Positions 34,127 through 43,399 of a stretch of 64,000 bases of DNA are shown piece after piece. The first letter of the stretch is position 1. Each line of letters begins with the position of its first letter. The stretch covers positions 2,568 through 66,567 of the forward strand of contig JBGOZX010000005.1 of the NCBI GenBank assembly GCA_041480425.1, read 5' to 3'. The notes beneath the pieces were generated by a model, which ran no database searches, was not told the origin of the DNA, and saw nothing but the letters and a program-made list of their open reading frames with translations. The position numbers were made by a program, and so were the translations under genes. This DNA is from Bacteroidia bacterium. Lineage in GTDB: Bacteria > Bacteroidota > Bacteroidia > Bacteroidales > VadinHA17.

Positions 34127-35665
34127 ATGAATCCACTGATACCATTATTTGTCGTTACACCTCTGGCCGGAGCTTTCCTGATAATGATTATCGGAAGGTT
34201 TATCAAGGAGTTTAACAAGTACTTTACATCTCTGTTACTTCTTTTCCTTGTCATTATCAGTTTTTATTCCCTTTTCACAACAGGTGAAAATCTATCTGTT
34301 TATAAAGTCGGAGGATGGGAGCCAATTAATAAAGTTCCAGTCGGTATTTATATGGTTATGGATGGCTTCACTTCAATTGTTGTTTGCATTATTAATCTTA
34401 TTGGCTTCTTATCAGCCTTTTATTCAATCTCATATATAAAAAGATATACCGCTGAGAATTATTTCTACGCTTTATTCTGTCTGATGATTGCCGGAATGAA
34501 TGGAGTGGTGCTCAGCGGCGACCTGTTCAATATATTTGTATTCCTCGAAATTTCAGTTATATCGTCATATGCTTTAGTAGCATTCGGAGTTGAAAAGAAT
34601 GAGTTGGAGGCTTCATTTAAGTACCAGGTTTTGGGAGCACTGGCTTCATTTCTAATTCTGTTCGGTATCGGGTTTATTTACTGGAAAACCAAAACACTGA
34701 ATATTGCTGATATTAAAGAAGCTTTCAGTAATGGTTATGATAAAACATATTATCTTTTTGTTCAGATACTTCTTTTAAGCGGCTTTGGTCTTAAAGCTGC
34801 CATTATTCCTTTTCATGCATGGTTACCCGATGCTCATTCATCAGCACCATCTCCTATTTCAGCGATGCTTTCAGGTGTTCTCATCAAAGCTGTAGGCATT
34901 TATGTAATTTTAAGGTTATTCTTTAATATGTTCGTTGTGAGCGAAGGAATGGCAATCCTGATAACCACGCTGGGAACCTTATCAATGGTAATCGGAGTTT
35001 TCCTGGCTATAGGGCAATGGGATATTAAAAGGCTCCTGGCATATCATAGTATCAGCCAGATGGGGTATGTGGTTCTTTCAGTCGGTATCGGCATGATTCT
35101 GGTTTCAAGGGGCTCAAAACCGGAAATTGCAGCCCTGGCCATTACCGGTGGAATTTTCCATCTGATTAATCATGCAGCTTTTAAAGGTCTCTTATTCCTT
35201 AATGCAGGGGCAATTGAATATACGATCGGCACACGCGATCTTAAAGAGATGGGTGGATTGGCCAGTTCGATGCCGGCAACATCTGCCACCTCTTTTGTTG
35301 CATCAATGTCTATCTCAGGAATACCACCATTTAATGGGTTTTTCAGCAAGCTGATAATCATAATAGCTGCTGTTATGGCTAAGTTTTATCTGCTTGCAGC
35401 GCTTGCAGTAATAGTCAGCATTATTACTCTTGCTTCATTCCTGAAATTCCAGCGATATGCCTTCTTCAATAAATCTGATGTTAATAAAAATCAGCAGATA
35501 AAAGAAGTTCCATTTCCCATGGTATTCAGCATGGTTGTCTTAAGTATTATTTGTGTTGTTCTCAGCCTGCTTGTCATCCCCGATATCAGGGATGCAATAC
35601 TGACTCCTGCGATCAATATTCTTACGGATCCTTTAAAATACTCTTCAATAATAATCGGACAATAA
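34127..35665 (+). CDS. MrpD/NuoM/N-like antiporter-type membrane subunit
   Basis: 512 aa. Motifs WLPDAHSSAPSPISAMLSG, YHSISQMGY and HLINHAAFKGLLFL. Confidence 0.85.
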   Translation: MNPLIPLFVVTPLAGAFLIMIIGRFIKEFNKYFTSLLLLFLVIISFYSLFTTGENLSVYKVGGWEPINKVPVGIYMVMDGFTSIVVCIINLIGFLSAFYSISYIKRYTAENYFYALFCLMIAGMNGVVLSGDLFNIFVFLEISVISSYALVAFGVEKNELEASFKYQVLGALASFLILFGIGFIYWKTKTLNIADIKEAFSNGYDKTYYLFVQILLLSGFGLKAAIIPFHAWLPDAHSSAPSPISAMLSGVLIKAVGIYVILRLFFNMFVVSEGMAILITTLGTLSMVIGVFLAIGQWDIKRLLAYHSISQMGYVVLSVGIGMILVSRGSKPEIAALAITGGIFHLINHAAFKGLLFLNAGAIEYTIGTRDLKEMGGLASSMPATSATSFVASMSISGIPPFNGFFSKLIIIIAAVMAKFYLLAALAVIVSIITLASFLKFQRYAFFNKSDVNKNQQIKEVPFPMVFSMVVLSIICVVLSLLVIPDIRDAILTPAINILTDPLKYSSIIIGQ

Positions 35666-35666
35666 G

Positions 35667-36152
35667 ATGAGATATATCACTTTGTTTATATTATCCCTGA
35701 TATTCTGGCTGCTTCTCACCTTTAAGCTGACTGTTCCTAATATAATAGTCGGAACTGTCGCTTCAATTATTTGTTCTTTGTTTTTTGGCAGGTTCTTTAT
35801 CACAAATGTTTATAAACTTCTGCAACCTGAACGCTATTTCTGGTTTATAATTTACCTCTTCATTTTCATATGGGAATGTATAAAAGCTAATATAGATGTT
35901 GCTTACCGGGTGCTTCATCCTGCAATGCCAATCCGGCCCGGAATAGTGAAAGTTAAAACCACATTAAAGTCTGATTTTGCAAAAATGCTGCTTGCAAATT
36001 CAATTACAATGACACCCGGAACAATTTCAGTCGATATTATAGATGACAATCTCTATATCCATTGGATCTATATCAGGTCAGAAGATCCTGAAGTTTACAC
36101 AGAAATGATAACCGGAGCTTTTGAAAAGTATATTAAAAGAATAATAGAATGA
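35667..36152 (+). CDS. MrpE/MnhE-like subunit
   Basis: Size, two N-terminal TM helices, the motif ANSITMTPGT, and position before the MrpF/G homologues. Confidence 0.7.
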   Translation: MRYITLFILSLIFWLLLTFKLTVPNIIVGTVASIICSLFFGRFFITNVYKLLQPERYFWFIIYLFIFIWECIKANIDVAYRVLHPAMPIRPGIVKVKTTLKSDFAKMLLANSITMTPGTISVDIIDDNLYIHWIYIRSEDPEVYTEMITGAFEKYIKRIIE

Positions 36153-36415
36153 GCAATTACCTGAACATATTGCTGTACGTCCAGATAGGATTAAGTGTAA
36201 TCTGCCTTTACAGGATAATCAGAGGACCAACAATCCCTGACAGAATGGTTGGAGTTGATATATTCGGAATTCTTGTTGTAGGTATCTGTGCCATAATAGC
36301 TATTCAAACCGAGAGATCCTTTATTCTTGATATAGGGATTGCATGGATAATTTTAAGTTTCATCGGTACATTGACTCTGGCAAAGTACCTGACCGGTAAA
36401 AAACTAAATGAATAA
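36149..36415 (+). CDS. MrpF/MnhF-like subunit
   Basis: 88 aa, 3 TM helices, motif RIIRGPTIPDRMVGVD. Confidence 0.75.
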   Translation: MSNYLNILLYVQIGLSVICLYRIIRGPTIPDRMVGVDIFGILVVGICAIIAIQTERSFILDIGIAWIILSFIGTLTLAKYLTGKKLNE

Positions 36416-36734
36416 TATGATTAGTTTAATATTCATAACGATCGGAATACTTTTTAACCTGTTAGGGTGCATTGGAATAATCAGGCTTCCTGATACTTAT
36501 AACAGACTTCAGGCAGCCACAAAATGTGTGACTCTGGGGTGTTGCAGTATACTTCTGGGAGTTCTGTTCCATTTTGGATTCAGTGATGCAGGTGCAAAAG
36601 CACTGATTGCGATACCGATACTCTTCTTTGCTTCTACGGTAGGAGCACATGCGCTTATCAGGGGAACCTACCATTTCGGGATAAAGCTCGGAAAAAAAAG
36701 TGTAAAAGATGATTATAAAGATGCCATAAAATGA
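36408..36734 (+). CDS. MrpG/MnhG-like subunit
   Basis: 108 aa. GIIRLPDTYNRLQAATK matches the MnhG signature. Confidence 0.75.
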   Translation: MNNMISLIFITIGILFNLLGCIGIIRLPDTYNRLQAATKCVTLGCCSILLGVLFHFGFSDAGAKALIAIPILFFASTVGAHALIRGTYHFGIKLGKKSVKDDYKDAIK

Positions 36735-37351
36735 AGTATCCAAAGATCAGAGAATTAAAGGAGGCAGTTATTTCATTGGTTTCTCCGGCTTATACTTCGA
36801 AGTTTCCTGCTGAACCTCATATTCCATTCGAAAAATTCAGAGGCAAGCCTGTTGTTGATGATGAGAATTGTGTTGGTTGCGAGACCTGTGCAAATGTTTG
36901 TCCTCCCCAGGCAATAACATTTACCGATGACAAAGACAAAGAAATAAGGACCATAAAGAGAGACTATGGGAAATGCATCTTCTGTGGTCAATGCCAGGAT
37001 CATTGTATAACACAGAGAGGCGTCAGGTTATCTGATAAGATCTTTGATCTGGCAGTTTTCGACAGGGAAAAAAATGTTGAATACCAGGAAAAAGAACTCC
37101 TTATCTGCGAAAGCTGCAACGCTGTTATAACTACCAAAGAACATCTCTATTATATGCACAGGAAACTTGGGCCGAAAGCATTCGCTTCCATTCTTAATCT
37201 GAACCTTCTGAATCAAAAATTGAGGCTGGCAGACGGGCAGGATATAAAAGTTGAAATAAAAGATAAGCTGAAAAGAAAGGATATGTTCAACGTCATTTGT
37301 CCAAACTGCCTGAGACAGATCCTTGTAAAATACTTATATAAAGGTGTTTGA
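36731..37351 (+). CDS. NuoI/MbhN/HycF-like 2x[4Fe-4S] subunit
   Basis: CVGCETCANVCPP and CIFCGQCQDHC motifs, with additional C-terminal CxxC pairs. Confidence 0.8.
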   Translation: MKYPKIRELKEAVISLVSPAYTSKFPAEPHIPFEKFRGKPVVDDENCVGCETCANVCPPQAITFTDDKDKEIRTIKRDYGKCIFCGQCQDHCITQRGVRLSDKIFDLAVFDREKNVEYQEKELLICESCNAVITTKEHLYYMHRKLGPKAFASILNLNLLNQKLRLADGQDIKVEIKDKLKRKDMFNVICPNCLRQILVKYLYKGV

Positions 37352-37811
37352 GGACCTTGACAAACTTCTGTCACAAAAAGACAAAAAGATACTTTTTGTC
37401 GGAATAGGGAATCTTCTTAAAATGGATGATGGGGTTGGTGTTTATATAAGCAGAAAAATAAAAAAGACCCTCACTATTTCGGCACTGACAGTTGAAGCCA
37501 GCATCGAAAATTATATTGGCAAAATAAATACCCTTAATCCTGAAATACTTATCCTGATTGATTGTGTGGACATAAAAGCAACTCCCGGAACAATTAAATT
37601 ACTAACGATAAACCAGATACAGGATCTGACATTCAACACACACAATATATCGCTGCAAAAGTTATCGGGATTCTTCAGTATGCCGGTTTTTATTCTTGGA
37701 ATACAACCAGAAAAAATTGCTTTTGGAGAAAATATATCCTATATTGTAAGGAATGAGGCTGATAAAATTATTAACCAAATAAATACACAGGAGGTACATT
37801 ATGGCTACTGA
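37344..37811 (+). CDS. Hydrogenase maturation endopeptidase (HycI/HyaD family)
   Basis: GTG start overlapping the preceding stop. Motifs FVGIGNLLKMDDGVG and LIDCVD. Confidence 0.8.
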   Translation: MFEDLDKLLSQKDKKILFVGIGNLLKMDDGVGVYISRKIKKTLTISALTVEASIENYIGKINTLNPEILILIDCVDIKATPGTIKLLTINQIQDLTFNTHNISLQKLSGFFSMPVFILGIQPEKIAFGENISYIVRNEADKIINQINTQEVHYGY

Positions 37812-38214
37812 ATATCTATGCAAAGTTTGCAGAGGTCATCTTAAAGTGAAAACTTCCATAGTCCTTTCTGCCACAAAAACTAACGGTTCCAAAAGAGGCT
37901 TAGTTTTTTTGAATCCTGAGATCGGGAACTACACAACCACAACACATCCTTCTTTCCAGATTAAAGAAGGTGAAGAATTTATCTATACCTGCCCCATCTG
38001 TCACTCGCAATTAAATAGTGCCAAGTACAATCACCTTGTCAGAATAATAATGATTGATGATGATGGAAAGGAGTTTAACATTTACTTTTCAGGTATAGCG
38101 GGTGAAAAATGTACTTATAAGATCAGGGGAACCAAAATCGAAAAGAAAGGTCCTGATGCTTCACTGTATGATAAGTACTTCGACGTACCTGAGGAAGACA
38201 GGAAATATCTTTAA
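37801..38214 (+). CDS. Uncharacterised zinc-ribbon protein, last gene of the hydrogenase operon
   Basis: CKVC...CPIC pairs. The ATG overlaps the protease gene by 11 nt. I recognise no family. Confidence 0.5.
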   Translation: MATEYLCKVCRGHLKVKTSIVLSATKTNGSKRGLVFLNPEIGNYTTTTHPSFQIKEGEEFIYTCPICHSQLNSAKYNHLVRIIMIDDDGKEFNIYFSGIAGEKCTYKIRGTKIEKKGPDASLYDKYFDVPEEDRKYL

Positions 38215-38221
38215 ACTTTAT

Positions 38222-38244
38222 GGCACGGATTACAAATCCGCGCC
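38222..38244 (+). terminator. Hairpin 8 nt after the operon end (no T-tract)
   Basis: GGCACGGAT-TACAA-ATCCGCGCC, with 8 of 9 bp paired. Confidence 0.35.
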
Positions 38245-38310
38245 AGCGATGGTTATCAAAAGGAAATTTAAAGAAAATTAACCCTCCTTTTTTCTATAAA
38301 CAATAAATTC

Positions 38311-38318
38311 TATTTTTG
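38311..38318 (+). promoter_or_regulatory. Bacteroidota-type -7 promoter box (TAnnTTTG) upstream of tkt
   Basis: TATTTTTG, 40 nt upstream of the ATG at 38358. Confidence 0.35.
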
Positions 38319-38357
38319 TTACTGTTAGAAACAATAACGGTTTAATATTATTTTTTA

Positions 38358-40400
38358 ATGAACAGCGAAGTAAATAAAAGAGCTGCGGACAATATCCGCA
38401 TCCTGGCGATGTCGATGGTTGAAAAGTCAAAATCAGGTCATCCTGGAGGGGCGATGGGTGGTGCTGATTTTATCCATATCCTTTTTTCAGAATTCCTGAG
38501 TTTTGATCCATCCGATCCTGAATGGATTAACCGTGACAGGTTTTTTCTCGACCCCGGCCATATGTCGCCGATGCTCTACTCAATACTGACATTAACAGGT
38601 CATTTCAAAGTTGATGAAATAAAGAGCTTCCGGCAATGGGGCAGTACAACTCCCGGTCATCCTGAGCTCGACGTTATGAGAGGCATTGAAAACACTTCAG
38701 GACCTCTGGGCCAGGGTCATACAATGGCTGTGGGTGCTGCAATTGCAGAGAGATTTCTGGTTGCACGGTTCGGTGAACTTTTTGCCCATAAAACATTTGC
38801 ATTTATATCCGATGGAGGTGTTCAGGAAGAGATTTCCCAGGGGGCCGGACGTCTGGCAGGCTTTCTTGGGCTGAATAATCTGATCATGTTTTACGACTCA
38901 AATGATATCCAGCTTTCAACTGAAACAAAAGCAGTTACAATTGAGGATACAGCAATGAAGTACAGTTCATGGGGGTGGAATGTACTGAAAATCGATGGTA
39001 ACGACCATGATCAGATAAAAAAAGCTCTGAAAACAGCTGTTAATGAAAAGGATAAGCCAACCATCATTATCGGAAAAACCATCATGGGAAAAGGTTTGCT
39101 GGATAATGAAGGAAAGAGTTTCGAAAGAAAAACTTCAACACATGGAATGCCAGTGAGTGAAGCAGGCGGTTCCTACGAAAAATCGCTGGTCAATCTCGGA
39201 GGAGATATTTCCAATCCGTTCCTAATCTTTGAGGATGTAAAACATCATTATGAAATAATATTAACTGGCAAAAGAAAAGCAGCTGCAGAATGGAAGAAAA
39301 GAAAAAATGAATGGGCTGTAGAAAACAAAGAACTTGTTAAAAAGCTTCACTTCTTTTATTCAGGTAATGTGCCTGAGGTTGATTTTAAAGCAATCCAGCA
39401 GAAAGAGGGATCAGCTACCAGGGCAGCCTCAGCAACCGTACTTGGGGTATTTGCCCAAAAGATTGAAAATATGATCGTTGCTTCGGCCGACCTGTCCAAT
39501 TCTGATAAGACTGATGGATTTCTGAAATATACCCACCCGTTTATGAAAGGAGATTTCACCGGAGCTTTTCTTCAGATTGGGGTTTCAGAGCTTACCATGG
39601 CTGCAATAATGAATGGACTGGCTCTTCATGGTGGGGTAATACCTGCCTGTGGTACTTTCTTTGTCTTTTCTGATTATATGAAGCCTGCGGTAAGGCTGGC
39701 GTGCCTTATGGAACTGCCTGTTAAATATATCTGGACTCATGATGCCTTTCGTGTCGGAGAGGACGGGCCTACACACCAGCCTGTTGAACAGGAAGCTCAG
39801 ATACGCCTGATGGAGCATCTGAAAAACCATCACGGGGAGAATAGTATGCTTGTTTTCAGACCTGCCGACGCAACGGAAACAACTGTCGCATGGAAAATGG
39901 CACTTGAAAACAGCAAGACTCCCACTGCCCTTATCTTGTCCAGGCAGAACATAAAGGATCTGCCTTCAGACAGTAACAACAGGTATGGTGATGCCCTGAA
40001 GTCAGATAAAGGTGCATATGTTGTTCAGGATTGCACCGGCAAACCTGATGTCATCCTTATTGCCAGTGGTTCAGAGGTTTCAACACTTGTTGAAGGAGCA
40101 GAATTACTAAAAAAAGATAATCTCAGGATAAGAATTGTATCAGCTCCTTCTGAAGGACTTTTCAGAAACCAGTCTGAAGAGTACCGCAAAACAGTAATGC
40201 CTGATGATGTACCTGTATTTGGATTGACTGCAGGATTAGCAGTTACATTGCAGGGGCTTGTTGGTCCTAAAGGAAAGGTCTGGGGAGAGAATAGTTTCGG
40301 TTATTCAGCACCCTATAAGGTTCTTGATGAAAAATTCGGTTTTACCAAAGAGAATGTTTATCGTCAGGTTAGTGATTACCTGGCTCACTATAAAAGGTAA
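38358..40400 (+). CDS. tkt: Transketolase
   Basis: SGHPGGAMGGADF, the ThDP motif GDGGVQEEISQGA-like, and THDAFRVGEDGPTHQPVEQ. Confidence 0.95.
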   Translation: MNSEVNKRAADNIRILAMSMVEKSKSGHPGGAMGGADFIHILFSEFLSFDPSDPEWINRDRFFLDPGHMSPMLYSILTLTGHFKVDEIKSFRQWGSTTPGHPELDVMRGIENTSGPLGQGHTMAVGAAIAERFLVARFGELFAHKTFAFISDGGVQEEISQGAGRLAGFLGLNNLIMFYDSNDIQLSTETKAVTIEDTAMKYSSWGWNVLKIDGNDHDQIKKALKTAVNEKDKPTIIIGKTIMGKGLLDNEGKSFERKTSTHGMPVSEAGGSYEKSLVNLGGDISNPFLIFEDVKHHYEIILTGKRKAAAEWKKRKNEWAVENKELVKKLHFFYSGNVPEVDFKAIQQKEGSATRAASATVLGVFAQKIENMIVASADLSNSDKTDGFLKYTHPFMKGDFTGAFLQIGVSELTMAAIMNGLALHGGVIPACGTFFVFSDYMKPAVRLACLMELPVKYIWTHDAFRVGEDGPTHQPVEQEAQIRLMEHLKNHHGENSMLVFRPADATETTVAWKMALENSKTPTALILSRQNIKDLPSDSNNRYGDALKSDKGAYVVQDCTGKPDVILIASGSEVSTLVEGAELLKKDNLRIRIVSAPSEGLFRNQSEEYRKTVMPDDVPVFGLTAGLAVTLQGLVGPKGKVWGENSFGYSAPYKVLDEKFGFTKENVYRQVSDYLAHYKR

Positions 40401-40420
40401 ACATTGTGATCATTCGTTGA

Positions 40421-40447
40421 AAGCCGCCTCATCAGCGGCCTTTTTTT
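40421..40447. terminator. Bidirectional rho-independent terminator between tkt and the acylase gene
   Basis: AA-GCCGC-CTCATCA-GCGGC-C-TTTTTTT: a short GC stem flanked by an A pair and T7. Confidence 0.6.
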
Positions 40448-40496
40448 GGTACAGTCTCACCCCCCGCCCCTTCTCAATTTTATTATCTCCGTGAAC

Positions 40497-42890
40497 TTAT
40501 TTCCCTGCCTTAAGTTTCAAAGTATATTTTGCAGCAGCTTTGACTGCTGGTTCGGTAAATGCATCTTTATAAAACTTACCATTAATATAAGCGTCAGTCT
40601 GTGACATATAAAATTCACTTGCCGGAATGCCGGAATTTCCGGTTGGAATAACTGTAAATGACTTATCCCAGTTGGCAGTGTTAAAAATATGACGCTGTGA
40701 GGCTCCATAATTGGACTTAAATCCGTCTGAATACTTGAACTTTGAAACTGTATATCCGCTCCCTCCGATACCATATGTTCTTGAATTCAATCTGAACACT
40801 TTATTGAGGATTTTAATACTCCCTATAGGATGCTCAAATGTTACTGTATGAATTTTTCCCCACTTCCATTTTGTCGTATCTGATCCGTATTGGACTGTCA
40901 GATCTTTGATACATTCCTTAAAGCTTCTTAAAATAATGTCATCAAGTGTCTCCTTTTCAGGTGTATTGATGTCATCAACCCATTCATCAGAACCATTAGT
41001 AAGGATCCTGTATATATAATAATTTTTAATAGTCGGTGTAACCTCTCCAAATAGCTCTGCCAGTTCATCGCTGAGAAGATTCCTGGCAAAACCTATAGTA
41101 AAGAATTCAAACACAGTTGGAGCCACCATATCCTTATTGAAGTCATAATCCCAGCCGGAAAGCGAATTTAATGCAATGGTTTCTTCAGTATTCAGCTGAT
41201 TGCTTTTATCCTTGATCTTAAGAATGAAGGGAGTCAGAAGTCTGGAATAATCGTTATGCTGATCCAGAATCATTCTCTTGAAATCTTCAATCCCAAAAAT
41301 CTCCTTTTCATTCAGCATCTGTCTTATCCTGTTAATCCTGTACGGCAGATCATACTCATAGCCGATATAATATGGATAATCATCCTCCACAGTTTTATTA
41401 TTAGCTGATGATACATATCCGATTTCAGGATTATAGCTGAATGGTAGTTGTTCAAACGGAACATATCCCTTCCAGTCATATTCATCAGTCTCTCCGCTTC
41501 TTATAATCGTTCCGTTCCCATTACGTAACGCAACTCCTCCCGCGGAATTGAGACCGATATTTCCCTCAACATCTGCATATACAAAATTCTGGCTTATTGC
41601 CCTGAAGGTTGATAAGGCAGATCTGAACTCTTCCCAGTTGGAGACCCTATTAAGTAAGTAAACAGCCCTGATTTCATCACTTGGATCGTAACCTGCCCAT
41701 CTCATGCTCAGAACCGCATCACTTACATTTTCCATACCTGAGATTATAGGGCCCCTGTGAGTAAATCTGAGCTTAAGGGTTTTTTGCTCACCTCCTTTTA
41801 TTTTTATAATCTCATCCCTGACCTTCATATTCTTCCACTCTCCAATGAAAAAATACTGGTTTGAATCAACCGGATTGATTTTTTCTGCAAAAAGATCAAT
41901 GTCATCAAGACTGAAATTGGTCATTCCCCAGGCTACTTTTTCATTATGCCCGGCAACAACAAATGGCTCTCCCGGGACAACAACCCCGGTAACATTAAGT
42001 TTTCCGGGAATCACCTGGTGCATCTGCATCCATAACCCGGGCGCATCAAGTGACATATGCATATCATTGGAGAGTATCGGTTTACCGGTTTCAGTTCTTC
42101 TTCCTGTAACAGCCCAGTTATTACTGGCTGAGAAAGTACCAAGCCCCAAAGCCTCGAGCTTATCCATTGAGGAGATTATTCTCTGAACCTCTCTCAGAAT
42201 TTTTTCATCGAGCCTGAAGTCAGGGAAAACTGAGGATGTATCTGCTTTCCAGTCCGGTATCAGCTTATTAGCTTTATCAGCTCCGAACTTTTTAAACAGT
42301 TTATAATTGAACAGGTCGGAAGTGAAGTTATCGGATGCCAGGTCCCATCCCATATATCCTATAATGTTCGCAATATCCTCAAGTGTCCATGGATCAGGTT
42401 TATAACGAAGTATTTTAAATTCGGGAAGGAGTTTTTTCCCGGCATTTTTTATATAGTTGTTTACACCGTCTGCATAAGCCTGCATACAGGAGATAATTGC
42501 AGAATCTTCGTTGGCAAGAATCCTTTTTGATTTTGCAGGTATGTCAAGGCATCTCAGAAAAAGATCATCATAAACATATTTTTTCCCGAAAATTTCTGAA
42601 ATACGTCCCTGTGTTGCACGTCTGATCACGTCCATCTGCCAGAGCCGTTCCTGTGCAGTTACATATCCCACAGCATAATACAGATCATATTCATTGTCAG
42701 CATAAATATGAGGCATTCCGCGTTCATCCCTATAGACTGTTACATCAACTGCAAGCCCGGCCAGTGTAATTTCACCCTTGTACTTCGGAATGGCTCCGCG
42801 CTTAATACCATTAATGATTATCAGCCCGGTAATTAATGCCAGAATTACCAGTATCAATAATGTAAAACAAATGACTTTTAATACCTTCAT
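40497..42890 (-). CDS. Penicillin acylase / Ntn-hydrolase family protein (possible acyl-homoserine-lactone acylase)
   Basis: N-terminal anchor, WQMD motif, and the autoprocessing nucleophile context GTFSASNNWAV. Confidence 0.85.
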   Translation of the reverse strand: MKVLKVICFTLLILVILALITGLIIINGIKRGAIPKYKGEITLAGLAVDVTVYRDERGMPHIYADNEYDLYYAVGYVTAQERLWQMDVIRRATQGRISEIFGKKYVYDDLFLRCLDIPAKSKRILANEDSAIISCMQAYADGVNNYIKNAGKKLLPEFKILRYKPDPWTLEDIANIIGYMGWDLASDNFTSDLFNYKLFKKFGADKANKLIPDWKADTSSVFPDFRLDEKILREVQRIISSMDKLEALGLGTFSASNNWAVTGRRTETGKPILSNDMHMSLDAPGLWMQMHQVIPGKLNVTGVVVPGEPFVVAGHNEKVAWGMTNFSLDDIDLFAEKINPVDSNQYFFIGEWKNMKVRDEIIKIKGGEQKTLKLRFTHRGPIISGMENVSDAVLSMRWAGYDPSDEIRAVYLLNRVSNWEEFRSALSTFRAISQNFVYADVEGNIGLNSAGGVALRNGNGTIIRSGETDEYDWKGYVPFEQLPFSYNPEIGYVSSANNKTVEDDYPYYIGYEYDLPYRINRIRQMLNEKEIFGIEDFKRMILDQHNDYSRLLTPFILKIKDKSNQLNTEETIALNSLSGWDYDFNKDMVAPTVFEFFTIGFARNLLSDELAELFGEVTPTIKNYYIYRILTNGSDEWVDDINTPEKETLDDIILRSFKECIKDLTVQYGSDTTKWKWGKIHTVTFEHPIGSIKILNKVFRLNSRTYGIGGSGYTVSKFKYSDGFKSNYGASQRHIFNTANWDKSFTVIPTGNSGIPASEFYMSQTDAYINGKFYKDAFTEPAVKAAAKYTLKLKAGK

Positions 42891-43399
42891 AGTACTGCGG
42901 GTTAAGTTTTCTTAAATTTACAAATTTCCCTGAATTAATAAACAGTTAATCATCAGGCTTTTGTATGAAAGATTTATAAATAATATTGAAATAACAAAAT
43001 GAGACCCTGACAGATATTTATGATTTTTAGGAAAGTCAGGTAAAAGAGGTAATAATAAAATTGCAACTTTTTGTTAATAACCTCGCTCCAGCTCCTCTTA
43101 TAAGCAATACTTATCACATCAACGACCCTTCCATTAACAATAAGGGAAGGAGGTGAATTAATTAATCTACAGTGACTTACTCCTCCCTTATTGCTTAAGA
43201 GAGCGGAAGAGGGGAGTTTAGATTTAAGAGAAGAGGATCAGGGGGTTAGTTCATAAGAAGCAGAGTAGTATGCAATGAGATAAGATTTATGATAAGTGAG
43301 GGAATTGGTCGATTGATTAAAATAAATTTCAGAATTAGTTTGTTTTTAGTAAATTAGCCTAAATTTATTACTAACCTGCTCTAAGTTGGAATGCCTGTT

